Shown here: positions 1 to 15,300 of the stretch, one piece after another
How positions within the stretch are numbered: position 1 is the stretch's first letter
Layout: every line of letters begins with the position of its first letter
Assembly: GCA_030141605.1 (NCBI GenBank)
Contig: JAQGDQ010000257.1
Coordinates: forward strand, 186,001 to 250,000
Length of the DNA: 64,000 bases
Origin: Tubiluchus corallicola
Lineage: Eukaryota > Animalia > Priapulida
Direction of reading: 5' to 3'
The notes under the pieces: generated by a model
Seen by the model: the letters and a program-made list of their open reading frames with translations, nothing else
What the model was told of the DNA's origin: nothing
Databases searched by the model: none
Program-made: the position numbers and the translations under genes

Positions 1-66
1 TATACAGGTCTAGCTTATATATTTAAGTTCAGCAAGTCAAGCATACGTGGGCAGTTTCTAACTTAC

Positions 67-344
67 CGAATCATGAGCTCACTTTCTCGCCGAACTATCA
101 CATTCTTCTCATGGACTAGATTGAACCACTCCTGCATCACCTCTGCCTCATCGTTCCCCGCTTCTGGTCCTTCACCTCTCAACGCTTGCTCCACAATCAT
201 GGCCCGCTCCTCTCTCTCTTTCTGCTTCACTTCTAGCTCTTCCAGTTCGCGTTGAAGTTCTTGTGCTGTGTGAAGTCGATTCACTTGATCTTGTTTGGCT
301 CGATTAGCGACTGCCTTTTTTGCTCGGACAAGAGTAGAATCATT
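67..344 (-). CDS. MICAL: MICAL bMERB (Rab-binding coiled-coil) domain exon
   Basis: [34 protein letters not shown]...[23 protein letters not shown]; donor CG|GTAAGT at 66. Confidence 0.92.
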
Positions 345-3300
345 CTTGAAAGAGAAAAATGTACGTTTGTTTACATGGCATCAAGAAACTAAGCAATTAT
401 TACGACATTTGTACTATAACAATACAGCATTGTAAATAGTCCTTAACAAAGAGAATCATGTACAAAAGACTTGTGTTTAGACATCTGGAATTAACTGATT
501 GACATTTGCTTGTGAATTTAATACGTTTTGGCATATATGCTACTATCAATGGCACCAGTTTGTGTAGAACAGTGAACTGAAAACAGCATTGAAAATGAAG
601 CAAATTCCTAGGGTAAATCAATCTAGAAAAACAACGAATTATTCAGATGCCATTTGGATTTAGTTTGCTGCTACTAATTGGCTCTACGACTGGTGCTTAA
701 ATGAAACTAAATAAGATTAAATAAAAATCTGAACAAACACAAAAACTAAACTCCTGCCACACGACATATACAGACGTAAATCAGCATTATTTTGGTTGAT
801 AGCAAGCAGGAAAAGGAATGTAGCAAAGGCTCATTTTTTTGGCCAAAACACATTTAAAGAGTTAATGATCATTATGTTAAGAAAATTTATTAAAAATAAT
901 ACATTTTATAGCCACATTATCTAATATTGCGTCCATTATCATAAAATACGTGCAAATTAGAACCATCATAACAAGGATTTTGGAATTTTGTTATTTTAGG
1001 ATGAGCACATGTACATCAAATTCATAGCAACTTACATAAACAGGTTTTGTTGTTGACGGCCCATGAGTGCTACCCAGCACCCCGTTTGGCGAATGCTCTA
1101 GGAATGTATCATCATCTGACAGGTTCTCCTCTTCTGCCGTTGGAGGGTCAGTGGACCGATCCAAATCACTCATCGACAAACGCAATCGATGAGCTCCAGC
1201 AGCACATGCAGAGCTGCTGTCATCTGGTGTCAGCGACTTGCGTTTCTTCTTCTTCTTCATGGGCAGTTTCATCTATAACAATGAGTAACTTTAGGGAGTA
1301 AAAAAGTCTGGCTACCTCAAAACTTACTTTTCTCACAAAGTGCAGTAAGAGACAAGTAATTTTAGCTGTTAACAATAATAAAACAAGGTGAAATCAGTGT
1401 ACAGGTTCTCTTAGCTCTACTCTGCTTGTAAGCAAGAAATATTTGATAAATAAATTCTAAGCTAAAAAAGTTAAATGCTATAATAGTAAGTACAGTAAGT
1501 CCTCGCTTAACGATGCTAATGCGTTCCAGCAAAATGCAACGTTAAGCGAAACGTCACTAAACAAAACCAAGACTTTCATAGAAAGTAATATGAAGGAATT
1601 GAGATGCCTTCCAGAAGCAAAAATCAATGCTGCTTAAGTCATATACATCAAATGTTTTATGAATTTTATTCATATTTTTACTGATTAATTTCTTCCTGTT
1701 TGCTTGAAATCACCCATCTTTCTTACCAATATCTAGCTAGACTTGCTAGCGTCTCTTGAAGCCTGTATATAGGCAGTTAGAGTTAAACACTGCATAATGA
1801 AGCCAAGCCCTGCATGAAATGACCTTGAGACAATTTCAGGTAGTAGTAATCTGGTTGTTATTGCAACAAGTTGCAGACAAAATTCCTTGGCATAAAGTTT
1901 AAATTCGGTTGTCTGGAGACGTATAAATCAGCAGATTGATCTCGCTTGATGCAAATGGCTAGAATTTAGTACGTAGTCAGTTGGGAAACAAAAGCAGTAT
2001 AATAATTGTATTGTTTATCTTATTAATATTTTTTTAGAGCAAAATAACGCGATTTGTACCACTTTGGTACTTCAAATTAGGTAAAAAAAGTTATTGTTAA
2101 TATAAAAAATGGTCGTGAAGTAAAAAATCGTAGTTAAAATGAAACATGCGCCATTAAGTGAGAAAAAAGGTGTCAAATGTTCAGCTTCATTAAAACGAAT
2201 CGTTAAACAGGGAGTCATTAAGAGAGGACTGTAAATGTAAATAATTTATGTCTCTAAATTTTTACAGGATAAATATAAATAAATGCAAAAAATATAATAA
2301 GAAAGAAAAGAGATGGAGTGGCAAAAAGACCAACGGGGACCAAGTGAGCCACCACTAAACAAAATTAAAGAAAATTATGTGACCCGTTAAGTAGGTATAA
2401 ACAAATGAATAAGAATTAACAATTTGAAGAAGAAGAAAATGATAACTTGGTAAAATTAACATAACAAGTTCAAATGAGTTTAAAATTAAAATGACAAACT
2501 CTGTGAAAATTGTACATCATTAAATTAAAAATAAATAAAAAAATCAATTACGAAAAAACTATCTAACGATGAAACTACCTTCCCAAATAGCCTTGAATCA
2601 CTGTCACGAGGCTTGCTTTCCTTCTTTGGTGATTCGATTGGCGATTTCAGTTTCAACTTTCCTAGTAGTGTTTTCTTTGATTTATCTACATTGTAACTTG
2701 AATCATTAACAAATTGTCACAACATCAAAACGTACAATTTTTCGTATCTTTCGTATTACAAAACGGTGTAAGAAACAAAAAAAAACGAAATATATTTAGG
2801 GTAATACACACATCATACAGCTGCAGGCAGTTCTAGAATTCTCTAAAAATACCACAGTTTGGACACAGTTGACTACTACGTCAGCTGTAGACAGGGCTGA
2901 GGTGTGGACGTCGGAGTCCACAGCAAATTTACTGCTAAAGGAGTCGGGACTCGGGATACACTTATTTTAGAGGAGTCGGTGTTAGAGTCGGAAAAAAATA
3001 GACAAACTCAAACTCCAGTTACTTTCAACTTTTAATGCATTTAGGCATAACGTTCCATTTTGGGATGCTCTCCTTTTGTTGTCTATGCAGCTAGGCTGTT
3101 TTTCAAGCATAAAAAGTAGTGATTTAATGCCACTGTAGCTAAAAATTGAAAGTACTACAAACTATTACTAAAGGCAGGAGTCAGGAGTTGGGGCTCCTAG
3201 AATTTTAGGAATCAGAACCAGAGTCGGAGTTGGGTCTAACATCTTAGGAGCCAGAGTCAGAGCCAGAGTTGGATCTTCTAAAATTCTAGGAGTTGGAATC

Positions 3301-6300
3301 GGAGCAAGAGTCAAGAATTTAATGGACTGACTCCACAGCCCTGGCTGTAGATGTGGTAAGTGACGAGAAAACACTAGTGATGAGCAGTAAGGAGTACCTT
3401 TTCCGCCGACACTGTCTGAACTACCGCTGCTCGAAGCCACATCAGATTTTGTTGCACTTCCTGGACTAATGGATCTCTTCACTTTTTCAACTTCAAGACT
3501 GCTGGCCTTTGACTTTACATTCTTCCCTAATTACCAGAAACAGAAAAAATTGTAAATAACGAAATGTGACAAAAATAATATATCAACAGCAGAAAGCTAA
3601 CAACACAGTTATTGTAATATGGTCGGCATAAACAGAACAATATAACAGATTTTCACAAACAAAATCTGAGCATTTCAGCACTACCTAAAATTACATCTTC
3701 GAGCATGAATACTTGGTTAAAAATTTGATAAAATGTAAACAAAAGCATATTTCTCACACTTAATTATTGATTGTCTTTCATTTCGATCTAAGTTTTCCTG
3801 CCCAAGAAGGCATTCAGGTTTAAGTCCAAACATTCAGCTTTTGTTCGAGCAAGGCATAGCAACAAAAGATGTAGCTATGTACATTGTTGCTATTGTATTG
3901 CCAATGAGTTTAAGATTATCAAAACAAAAATATTTATTAAAAGTAAAAAAACAGCTAGTACTCATTAGAAATCATACATATAAATCAATGATTGTAAAAT
4001 ACAGTAGGTGCCAGTAGGTACCATTGGACTCAGTTAATAGACTCAATCGCTTATTTGACTCAAAAACGCCTGGAACGGGCCGCTTCTATTCAAGTGTACA
4101 TAAAAACTGTCGGTAATTGACTCAAATAACTCCAGATAATTGACCCAATATTTTTCCTTCACGTACTTAAAATAAGACATTTGTATGTGCCCACAGAGCC
4201 TTTCCTACTTTCAGGTCATCTTTACTTCGCTTTTGTGCACTATAATATATATAGAAACAATCACGTTAAGTACTGTTTTGTTTGTAAGCAGGTACGTTTA
4301 TCATATGCTAGCATGCTAGTGTAGCGGTTTTGCTTTGAATCCGTTACCCGCTCGCCCACTGTTACCCAAAGAATTTCTGGAAGCTAAACATTTAATCATT
4401 TGTCTAGCGGTTTCCTTTTGAAGCTCTTGTTGCAAATCACCCTTTCACGCTTAATAAGTTAACAGTCAAAGAAGCAGGTACAGTAATCAGCCAGCATTCA
4501 TTGTGCCTTACAAGAGTAAATATCATACAGCAATAAGAGAAACTGAAAATTTCAGAGCAGTACGATAAACTTCCAAAGATGGGGCAGAGGTGTGCAGCAG
4601 CACATACTAGGCTGATGACTCATACTTCTATACCAGTAATACTACATCCGTCGGTTAATAGGTTTAGTCGGTTAATTGGGTCAAAACATTTCAGTCCCAA
4701 AGTGAGTCTACTAAGCAGCGCCTACTGTATAAGATAATTACAAGTAGGCATTTTCCCTTAAGAAAATCACTTTTTTTACTTCTTACCTTTCTTATGAATA
4801 TCTTCACTAAGATCGAGTTCAATATCAGACAGTGAAATATTGCAGGCTTCATCAGGTACGATCTTCTTTCGAGCTTTGAGCTGTTCTGTCAATTCCGAAT
4901 GCCCAGGTGCAAATTCGGGAACATTTTTGGGAGTTTTTGTAGAACCTGCAAGGTTTTTTTGCTTACCATCACTTAACACAGCCTCTGACTGACTTTGCTT
5001 TGGTTCATCATCCGGTAACTCTTTGGGCACAGCATTTTCATTTTCATTTGCCACTAGGTGAAGTTCATTTGATAACTCAGAAGCCGTCTTTTCTTCAGTT
5101 GACATTAGCTCATCACCTTGCTTTAATGTTTCTGATTGGGGTCCTTGATCAGCGATCGAATCATCAAAATCAAACTCTTTCTTCTCAGCACTCTCATCAC
5201 TTTTCTTGTTCTGGTTGCTGCTCTCCTCAATTTCTGGAGATTTTTTCTTGGAATATTTTGAACTAGTGTACGGGGAATCGACTATGCCCAGCTCTTCGTC
5301 AGATTTCATTCGTGCTCTAGCACGTGCTTGCTCCCTCTGTAATTCTCTCTCAGCTGATGTAAGTGGTTTCTGTTGCTCATCTGGTTTTTGTCTGCAAAAA
5401 CGTAAAGAGACAATGTGAGTTGACTTTAATTTAAAATTTATGATGAGAGTGAATTGAAGCTTTCATGTAAACAAGTGCAAACCATATGTGTTCTTGCATA
5501 GCAAAATCGTCCATAAGTTGGCAATTTCTAGTTATTCACATTTTTTGAATCTCCATTTCATGAGGATCATTTTGATACCAAAACTCATCACTCTGTGTTA
5601 TTTCTAAGCTGAGATAATACACATTGAAGTTGAGGTGCAGGCTATGCAATGAAAAACATAACCTCGAGAAAATCGCCATTAAAGTTAGCCATTGTTTTTT
5701 GTCACGTTTCTACGAAACACTTGGCAACCGTTGGTTGCTACAGACTTTTATTCAAGAACACACTTTTATGTTTAAATCCAGTAGATGGAATTTCCTGACG
5801 AAGATATGGGATTGGCAAAAGAAGCAAAATGACAGCTTCCACGAGCTACAATCAGAGTTTGAAAATACAAGTTTTTTTTACAATTGTAGTACTAGTTTTT
5901 AGCCAGGAAAGTGGGTACGAGGTTGTAAAATTAGATTTTTGTATTTTTTTAACATTTTCTGATGATTTAATGCTAGAATATAAAAGTCCAACATATTTAG
6001 TGTTTGTTTTTATAAAAAACAAAAAATAGACATCGAACCAAATTTTTGGTGCATTCTACTTCAAAGCATCGTAACGTAGTTTTTACTATGCTGACTTATA
6101 GACGGTTTTGCTTTGCAAGCACACATATATCTATAAGCTACCAAACTTAAAATCCACATAAACTCATTGTGGAATTTGGCATCAACTAAAATTTAAGTTG
6201 AACAACACATGGAAAAGATTTCAAATTTGAAGTAGAAAATATAAAAAAACGGACATTTAAATTTTCAGAATTTGAAAGAGTTTCATCAATATGAATGCAT

Positions 6301-9300
6301 TTACTTAACAATTCATATTTTAGAGGAAATTAATAAAATAAGAAATTTTAATCAAACAAAAAGTTATTAATAGAACAAGTTCATAAGCAAGCTGCATACT
6401 AAATTTTAGTGTGATGGATAAAAACAATGCTTACATGGAGGTAGAGTCGCCGTCTTTGGTACTAACTGACCCGTCTTCGGCAGTTTGCTTATCAGTACTG
6501 ACATTGTCAACTACTGTGTGCTTCTGAACATTGTCAGACCTACGCTCAAATACATCATCATTACCATCATCTACAAAAGGAATAGCTCCAATAGCTTCAG
6601 TTAGACTCTCTCTTTTTTGTTTTTCCTCTTGTTTAGCAGCTGCAGTGACTGTCTTTGTTTCAGCTGTTTTACGAGGCTTCGCTTTGGGATAATTACCGGT
6701 CAATTCAGGATAAGGATCCTCCTCTTCTGGACTTCTAGCTCGACCGTGTCGCAATTGTCGGTGTAAAGTGACTTTCTTGCGTGTCATAGCGGCTGGAGAC
6801 AGTGATGTGTGGGAAGAAACAGGAAGAGTTGCAGCTTGTTGTCGATCTGCAGCCATGTTTGCACCTGAAGGCTGAATCGTAGAACTTTTCTCTATTCCGT
6901 GTTTTAAACGTGGTTTTGGAACCGGTGCTTCCTTTACAGTCGGTAACTTATCGTCATCATGCTTTGCAGTTGTCTCTTCTTTCACAATATCTTTCAGGTC
7001 ATTAATAATTGCTTTTAATTCTTTTTCGGGTTTTGAAATCATCTCGGTAACTTCTACCACCGGACTTTCATCAAACTGCAGCTGCTTTTTTCCTTCCTCT
7101 GCCTCCAAAACCCCATCAATGTCCCTAACTGTCATTTTATTTTTAACTGAAGTCATTGGGGTTACATAGAAACTTTCGTCGCTCGTCGTACTACCAAGTT
7201 TTGAAGAAGGAGTAACAAAAGGTAAGGTATCATCTGAGATGACATTAATTTGATCAGACTCAGCTTTTATAGGTGTAAGTAGTTGTTCACTGTCTACAGA
7301 TACATCAATATCAAGTGATTTATTGGCACCTTCAAGTTCCACGTCACTTTCTATACCAATATCATGTTGAATGACATTAATTTGATCTGATTCTGGTTTA
7401 AGAGGTGTAAGACACTGTTCACTATTTACTGACACATTAGCATCAAATTGTTTATCATAACCGGCAAGTTCAGCATTGTTGTTTAAAAGCACGTCACCTG
7501 GTATGTCTTTAATTTCGTCTGATTTTGGTGTTACAGGCTTAAGAGGTTCACTGTCTTGTGAAACATTGGCATCAAATGAATTGTTGTTACTATGAAACTC
7601 TGCATCACATTCTGAATCACCATCAACGTTACTTTCTGGCAAAGGTAATGCTAGTACATCTTGCTTTGAACATCCAAGTAAAGAAGCAGCTGTGCTAGGA
7701 ATTTCTCCACTTGCGTTCACCTCAAAACTAGAATCAAGCGATGCATCTGTGGCTTTCTGACTAGGCATCAGATTAGAGTCTCTAATTAAAGCATCAGAAA
7801 CAGCTTGTAAAACATCTTCTGTGGTGAGAGATGGCATTGATTCAGAAGCTGTAGATGGTGTGGAAATGGTGAAATTAGATCCCTTTGAATCCCTCTGTTT
7901 TTCTGCGTCAACTTTCTGAGTGTTAACAATTTCTTCACCTTCTACATCTTGTGCACCATTGTCACTATGAATAACACACTCCGATTCATTTCCACCTTTC
8001 TTTAGCTTAGTAATCACGTCTTCACAAACAGCATCTTTTGCAAATTGTTTCTCTACTTCGCTTACATCGCCAAGATCAGTATCATTTTTGCAACTTTCAA
8101 CTGAACTATCAACTGCATCTTCCACTCTATCTTCAGCTTCCAGTAAAGCATCATCTAAAACAATTACCCCTTTAGGAATGTCAACATCAGGATTACACGG
8201 ATAACTGCTGTGAGCAACTTCAAACGACGTGTCTGTTTCATCGGCAACAGAACTTTCAGTTTCGTGATCTTTTGCCACAGTGTCAGCATACGATTCCATC
8301 ATCCCGGCATGTGCAGCTTCACCTGGTACAATGTTCCGTTGTAGAGTATCAATATAACGACGGCCAAGACTGTTTGATGGCCCCGTCTCCAGGGGTACCA
8401 TATCCATAACATCAGAATCGCCAAGAAGACGTCCTTTTACACCACTATCAAAATCTAGCGCGGGCATCTCTTCTGCACCAAACGTTAAACCAACACCTGC
8501 ATCTCCTTCAAGAGTAATGGTAGACAGAAGTAGTTCAGAAGCTTCTAATTTTTCCTTGTGTACTAATTTATGATCACCTGAATTTATAACATCGACCTGC
8601 TCCACTACTTTTTTAACTTGCCCATCTGTCATGACTTTTGAACTTGCTGTTTCAAGTGTCTGCTTGATCAAATCTACTTCTGACTCTTTAGTATCCATGT
8701 ATTCTACTTTTGTCTCACAAACTTCACCAACTTTCTTCTGACTAGCTGTCAATTCTTCTGGTGTCGGCTCTACGTGCTTACTATCGCTTTCATCCTCAAT
8801 GGTCTTCTGCTCCTGTTGGACCTTATCCTGCCTTCTAGCCTGTTCTTCCTGTTTCTTCTTTTCTAGCTGTTGATATAAAGGCTCGTATGTCGGAGGCTCA
8901 GGAGACAATAACCACGACGCTCTTGCCCTTGAAATTCTCCTGTTTGTTTCTTCAATGTTCTTTTGCAGTTCCTTCTTACTTTCCGTTTCTTCTGGTTCAA
9001 GAGACAACCGTTTATGCTGTTCTAAAAGTTGCAGTGGGTCTTTCTGTCGTCGCAACACTTGTACGACAGTTGGCTCTTCAACAACAACCATTTTTGTTGC
9101 TTCAACACTGCGCTCCAGGGAAGGAGCGGGTTCTTCAATAATTATAGTTTTAGATTCCTCTTGTCTTCTGGCTGATTGCAACCTACAGGAAAGGTAATTT
9201 TAAGTTAATAAATTAAATTAAATTATCAATTTTAAATTATTACTACAACAACAATTAGGATAGTGCTACGTAAATTTTCGCTGTAATTCATGGCTAAACT

Positions 9301-12300
9301 AAACTAAAATCTGTCACGTAAATTATTTCAATAGAACAAGAGCTGATGTTCACAGTCATTTTGTATGCTCAAGTGACTGAGACTGGGAAATGCCAAGCTT
9401 ATATAGATGCTGGCAAATGTGCCTCTGTTAGAGATTTGATCTGTCATATTATCCTCGGGGATATTTATTGGTCGAAGAGGTAAAGTGCACGCATCCAAAC
9501 GAGGCTAAAATACCACCCCGAATTCTGTGTGCGTAATCTTGGGGAATTATCATTGATAATGAACTTCATTTGGCCCCACCTCAACAATTTATAATAAACA
9601 AGCCTACTGCTGTATGCTTGCTTGAAAATGCTAAAATGTATTTATAGTGAAAAAATTAGTGCGAATTTGAGCATTAATTCATTAAAAGCAGCAAATCACT
9701 AATAAAACAGTTTAATTCAACTCAGTGAATACATACAGTGTGGGACGTAACCTTTGGCTAGGGTAGTAGGAAAACAATGAGTAACAAGTGTATTGCTAAA
9801 ACAGCAAAGAATCTATTACGTCCTCAACATTTAGTGGGGAAGTCTCGCTTGCGTTATGCGCAGCCTGCAAACTTAAGTGATGTGATCGAAGCAGCAACTT
9901 TAAAACTCCGGGATTACTTTTGTTTATCCTAAACTTAATTGTATATGAATGACACTGTACATGACATATAACTACTTATAAATTAAAGTTTAAAATTTGT
10001 GTTACGTAATGGTACAGAGACATAAAGAATGGTTGATTTGTAGAATTAATTGCAAAGGTCAGTAAAAGTAGAAAGTTTTAAAATTAACTACATGGATTGT
10101 TTTCCTTGCACGATGCCATTGCATATTTAAAGCTTTTTTGTTTAAATCAAAACAAAGCGAGAACGTACCTTTCCCTTCTTTTCCTGGCTGCCTCAAGTCG
10201 CACCTGCACTAACCACGACCGGTCAATTTCTGATGACATTTGAGCAGAACGTGGCACAAGATCGAGATAAACCAGATGATTGTACTCATCATCTAAAGCT
10301 TCTTTAGCAACATCTCCAATGACAACATCATTGTCATCATCTTCAATTTCTGTTTCCATTTCTAGATGGCAAACTTATAAATGAATACACGGCACATACA
10401 TGCAGTTTCCTGGAAATGTTGTGACAAGTAAAAGAAGGCATATTCGGTACAAAAATTGTTTTATCGCACCTTTGATCAAGGACATTAACATTTAGCATAA
10501 AAATACAAACTGTTCACCTTCATCGCTCACTTCCCCCCGCCATTGTCGTTTCATTTGCTGCATCAGCTTGTGAGCATTACTCATCGAAATTTGCCTATTT
10601 GTCAGCACGCTGTCAGAATAATACTCCTCTTCAGCTTCCGATTCTTCTGAGGCTGATCTACAAAGTTTCGTGAAACTAAAATTAGCAAGTGCAAGTTGAT
10701 TCCCTCTAGAAGCCCAAATGAAAAAAACAGCAACGTATTTTATTCAATGAATAATGACAATTTCATTTTTTACTTGTAAAGAGCAGTGACTTGGTGGTAA
10801 ATGGTTTAAAATTTCTAGGGTAGTACAAGTAACATAACCTCTTATTGTAAATCCTTTAGGACCGTAAGCATTCTCTGTATTTTTTGCATAGGTTCACAAA
10901 AAAGTGCTCTTACTAAGCGTTATATCTGATAATTTTTATAGGTTTCTACTTCTCACACAATGGATTTTCATGAAACCCCTGAAAAGGGAGTGCTTTTCTT
11001 AATTTTATGCAATTAAATCAGTTATAAATGTCTAAACAAATAGCATGATTGGATAGCCAATATTCTCCTGAATAAAGCAGCACCTAATTTGTAATCATTT
11101 AGTCATGTCTGTGCTCATACAGTAGCAGAAAAGTCATAGATCTTGTAAGACCTATTTTGAACGGTGCAGTCCTGAACGAGTTAAACAACTTAACGTTAAC
11201 TTACTCTTCTTCATCGTCGTCATCCCCTCCCAAGCTGGACCAGCTGTCTACACCAGAACCAAAGTTGTACTTGAGGAAGCTTGCTTCTAGGTCTTCTTCG
11301 CTTTGTCTCATCATTTCTTGCATGCTTTCAAACTCCACTCGCTCCGGGGTCAAGCTCGAGTAACTTGCCGTACTTCGCCTGCCATCTGCAAAAAACATTC
11401 AGATTACGAATTGAAATAAAAGCTTTTTGCTTAAACAATAACGCCAGAGTATGAAATTACTTTCCAGTTATTTGATAAGCATTCTATAAATTGATAAATT
11501 ACACTTGCCAATCGAAGATTCGGGTGTCAGCCATTGTTGAGAGCGCTTGTGCGGAACTCCATCAGCTTCCTCACTGTCGTCATCATAACTTCTCTTGATA
11601 GGCACTTTTGGCTGCATTCCGACATGAATTTTGCAGTAAAAGTGGCCTAAATTATTTTAACAATATTTATACATACTCACAGACTTTAATAGTTTAATTT
11701 TCATTAATAAAATCAAAGGAAAATTCTTGTTCTCTTATTCAATTTTTGTCAGTTTTTGCAAGACATGGTCAGCTAGTACCACATAGCAAATTTAGGAAAA
11801 ACATTGTGCAAAAAATATTTCTGGAGAATATTTTTAAAACAGACATAACTAGTTGGTTTTTATAACTAGCTACTGCACAGTTATAAAAAATGACTCTGTA
11901 GGTTTATTACTTAAAAGAACTCCTTTAAAAACATGGAGTAGCGCTAACAATGTTTAAATGTACAGAAGTGGCAGACAATCGTAAACTGAATAGCAAATGC
12001 TGAGTGCACATTGTGAATAAATTCCGGCTGGACCATTTTTATAACTTATTTTATATAACCAAAGTTAAAGAAACGATAAAATAATTAAAATAAATTGGGC
12101 AATCAATAAGATGGGGTAGAGGTATTTTTGTGGGATACATTTACACGGCATTTCTTTTAATAGCAGATTGATGAGTCTACCCCAGTTGTAAGTGATGCAA
12201 TCAGGTTTTATGAGGAACTTTAGTATAATATGTAGCACATTAGTCTCTACTTTATAGCTACCTGGTGAACCGGGACGTCCATCGTACGCATAGTTTCCGA

Positions 12301-15300
12301 GGTGAAGCCGACGATCGCAGAAGTAACACCGGAAGCAATCTCGGTGAAAGTACAAACCCTCAGAGCAGCACTGTTCCATCACATAAACTCGCTGCTGACA
12401 GAAATAGCAGAGTTTCCTACTAGAAGCGACTGGTGTTCGGTCCTTCTAAAAAACACAAAAAATTGTTGTTGACTTGCGTGTATAACCTCAGCCAAACTGA
12501 AATAAAACATTAAAAGAACACAGGTGCTGAACATGCTGCAGTAGAAATACACTGTGCAATTTTTCCTTACCAGATAACTACATTAATTTTGTTCGCAACC
12601 ATCATTCATATAATAATAATAATAATAATAATTACTACAGTGATGCTTATAGAATATTCTTATAGGTTCAATATAACTTCTCTAAATGATACAGTAAACT
12701 CCGCATAACTCAAATTCATTCAGACCGAAAAAAAATTTGAGTTAGGCTATATTTTGAGTTAGGCGATGTTGACCATTTTCCAGCATAGAAACTCTAAACC
12801 CCTCCTTCAGACTGTGAGCTAAATAGAAGGCAGTAAGTCAACCCTTCTACACAGAAACGACGAGATTTGATGGCAATTACAGAAAGAATAACAAATTACG
12901 TAGTGAAACACGATTTTTTTATGTTACAAAATGACACGCGTACACAACACGGAAATATCAATCCGAGAGAAAATAACCAGGACGTGCAACTTGTAAGACA
13001 TCAGAATTTTCCTGGAAGGAGATACTGTTTCTGAGTTGTACGGAACTTTTTATTTTTCTAGAGTGTAAATTGCATATCTGAGTTAAGCGAAGTAAATTAC
13101 ACGTACTTTGATTAAATGGACCATAAGTTTTTATTTGGGTTAGGCAAAATTTTGAGTTACATATTTTGAGTTCAGTTATCACATGTAGATATCAGTGGCA
13201 AAGGAACTATCAGATATAACAAACAATTGTATGATTACTGTGAAAAAAGAACAAAATAGAAAATTTGTTGTTTTTTACAACTTACATTTTTAGGTATGTT
13301 GTGCGTAGATTCGAGGTTCTTCATTAATGACTGAGCCATAGACGTCACCAAAGTGCTACCCTTCTCTCCCGGCTCAACCATGCAACGTTCTTTTAACCGC
13401 CGGTCAAGCTCCCGCACACGCTGGTCACAGTTTTCTATGTTTTCAGACTTACGAAAATGAATATCACCATCCTAAAGCACAAGAATTGCACGCATTTTTT
13501 AATTTACTTAAACAAAAAATCAACTAAATATACAACATCACGCACTAATAGTTGATGAACAAAATTCAATAGTACCTTCAGAATGATAAAATGAACAACA
13601 AACCTTAAATTCACGATGATGTATGAATCTTAATACCGTTTTGCAGTACATAATAGTTTAATGCAGGGGTGTGCAAATTGCGGCCCGCCGAGAGAATTTG
13701 TGCGGCAAAGAGATTTGTCAACCTAATGAAAGTGCGGCCAGGGCGATTAATTAAGTGTATCCAGCTGAAGTCCGGGCCACAATCTCAAAGATAGTGCGGG
13801 TAGTTTTTTCTACTAGATCGGATGCCATTAACCCTTACAAGACGGTTGTCACTTAATGTCACTGTACTACACAGACTGTGTGATACACATTAGTAATATA
13901 CATTGTAATGAAATTACCACTATCCGTCCTGAAAGTAGAAATATATAGTTTGTAATAGAAATTTTAATAACTTCTAAAATAGTTTCTTGAGTGTAGTAGT
14001 AATGATGTACGCAGGTCGGATGCAAAAAAATCATTATTAGGCCTCTCTGTACTTGGCTCCTTGATCAAACTGCCTGTGGCCCGCAGGAATTGCGGGAAAG
14101 TTTAATGTGGCCCGGCTAGTCAGATAATTTACACACCCCTGGTTTAATGTTTAATATATTTAAAAACACAAAATCCAAACGGAAAAAGTTGTTAGTAAGA
14201 AAACTCATGCTGTTAGTGTGCAAACAAAAACAAAGAGTACAAAAAGCCAGACATAGAGATGATAAGCAAAATTTGTACAACCGCTTTCCAAAATGCACAG
14301 CATTGTCTGTTTCTTGAAATGGAAAAGAGCTGAACTAAGTGAAACATTTCATTTCATTTTCATTCAGTTAAATTCAATAAATTAATTTTCATTTAAATTT
14401 GTAGCTGATTTCATTAAAATAATCTATAGAATTTTAAAATTCAAAAAGGGATTTGGAAAAATTAATTTCACAGTTTTATGAACACAAAACAGTTTCATAG
14501 TTCACGCTTCCAGTGAAAATTATTAGTGTGTCAAGCTTACACAGTTCCAGTTAGGGTTCTGTATCGATGCTTCGAAATGTATCTCATATTTTGTCATCAT
14601 TAATATTATATATTTATTCCAAAGGTCAAGGCCAACTTGATTGAAACAGGTTGACTTGAAAAGGTATTGCATATTCTGTCAACGGTCAAGGTAGCTATTA
14701 GCTTAAATGTAGTTTTATTTCATGACAGAGATAACAAGGTCAAGGTCATTATTGTTTTCAAGTGCCTTACAGTTACTGTCACAATAAAAACTGAAATTTA
14801 TTCCAGTGGTCATACCATTGCCATTACAAAGAATGCTAAATTCATTCCAAAAAACAAGATTACTGTTAAAACATTTAGGAGAATAAACACTCGTTCCAAA
14901 GGTCAAGGTCACAATCAGAGCTGTAGCTTTATTCCGAGCTCAAGCACAACAGAAATATTGCCCCTTCATCACTTTCTCTCCATTTACAGAGAAAACAAAA
15001 TTATCACTGCAGTGGTACAATGCTCTACAACGTGGACAAATCCATTTCATGGCTAATTTTATTATAAATATCGTGTTTGTGTGTTCCTGGTTGTGGCACT
15101 TTGACGACTGTCAAAGGGAAGTGTTTTTAACAACTAATTTAACGTAACGAATGTAACCTATAAGAGCTAATGCAAACTAGAGGATGTTTTAATTTTGATA
15201 TAAAATGTAAGGTTTACTAATTGTGTGTGACAGTTGATATTTTTAACAAGAAGCACATGGTGATTCACAGTTCATTTATTTTTGTATTATTCGAGCGACA

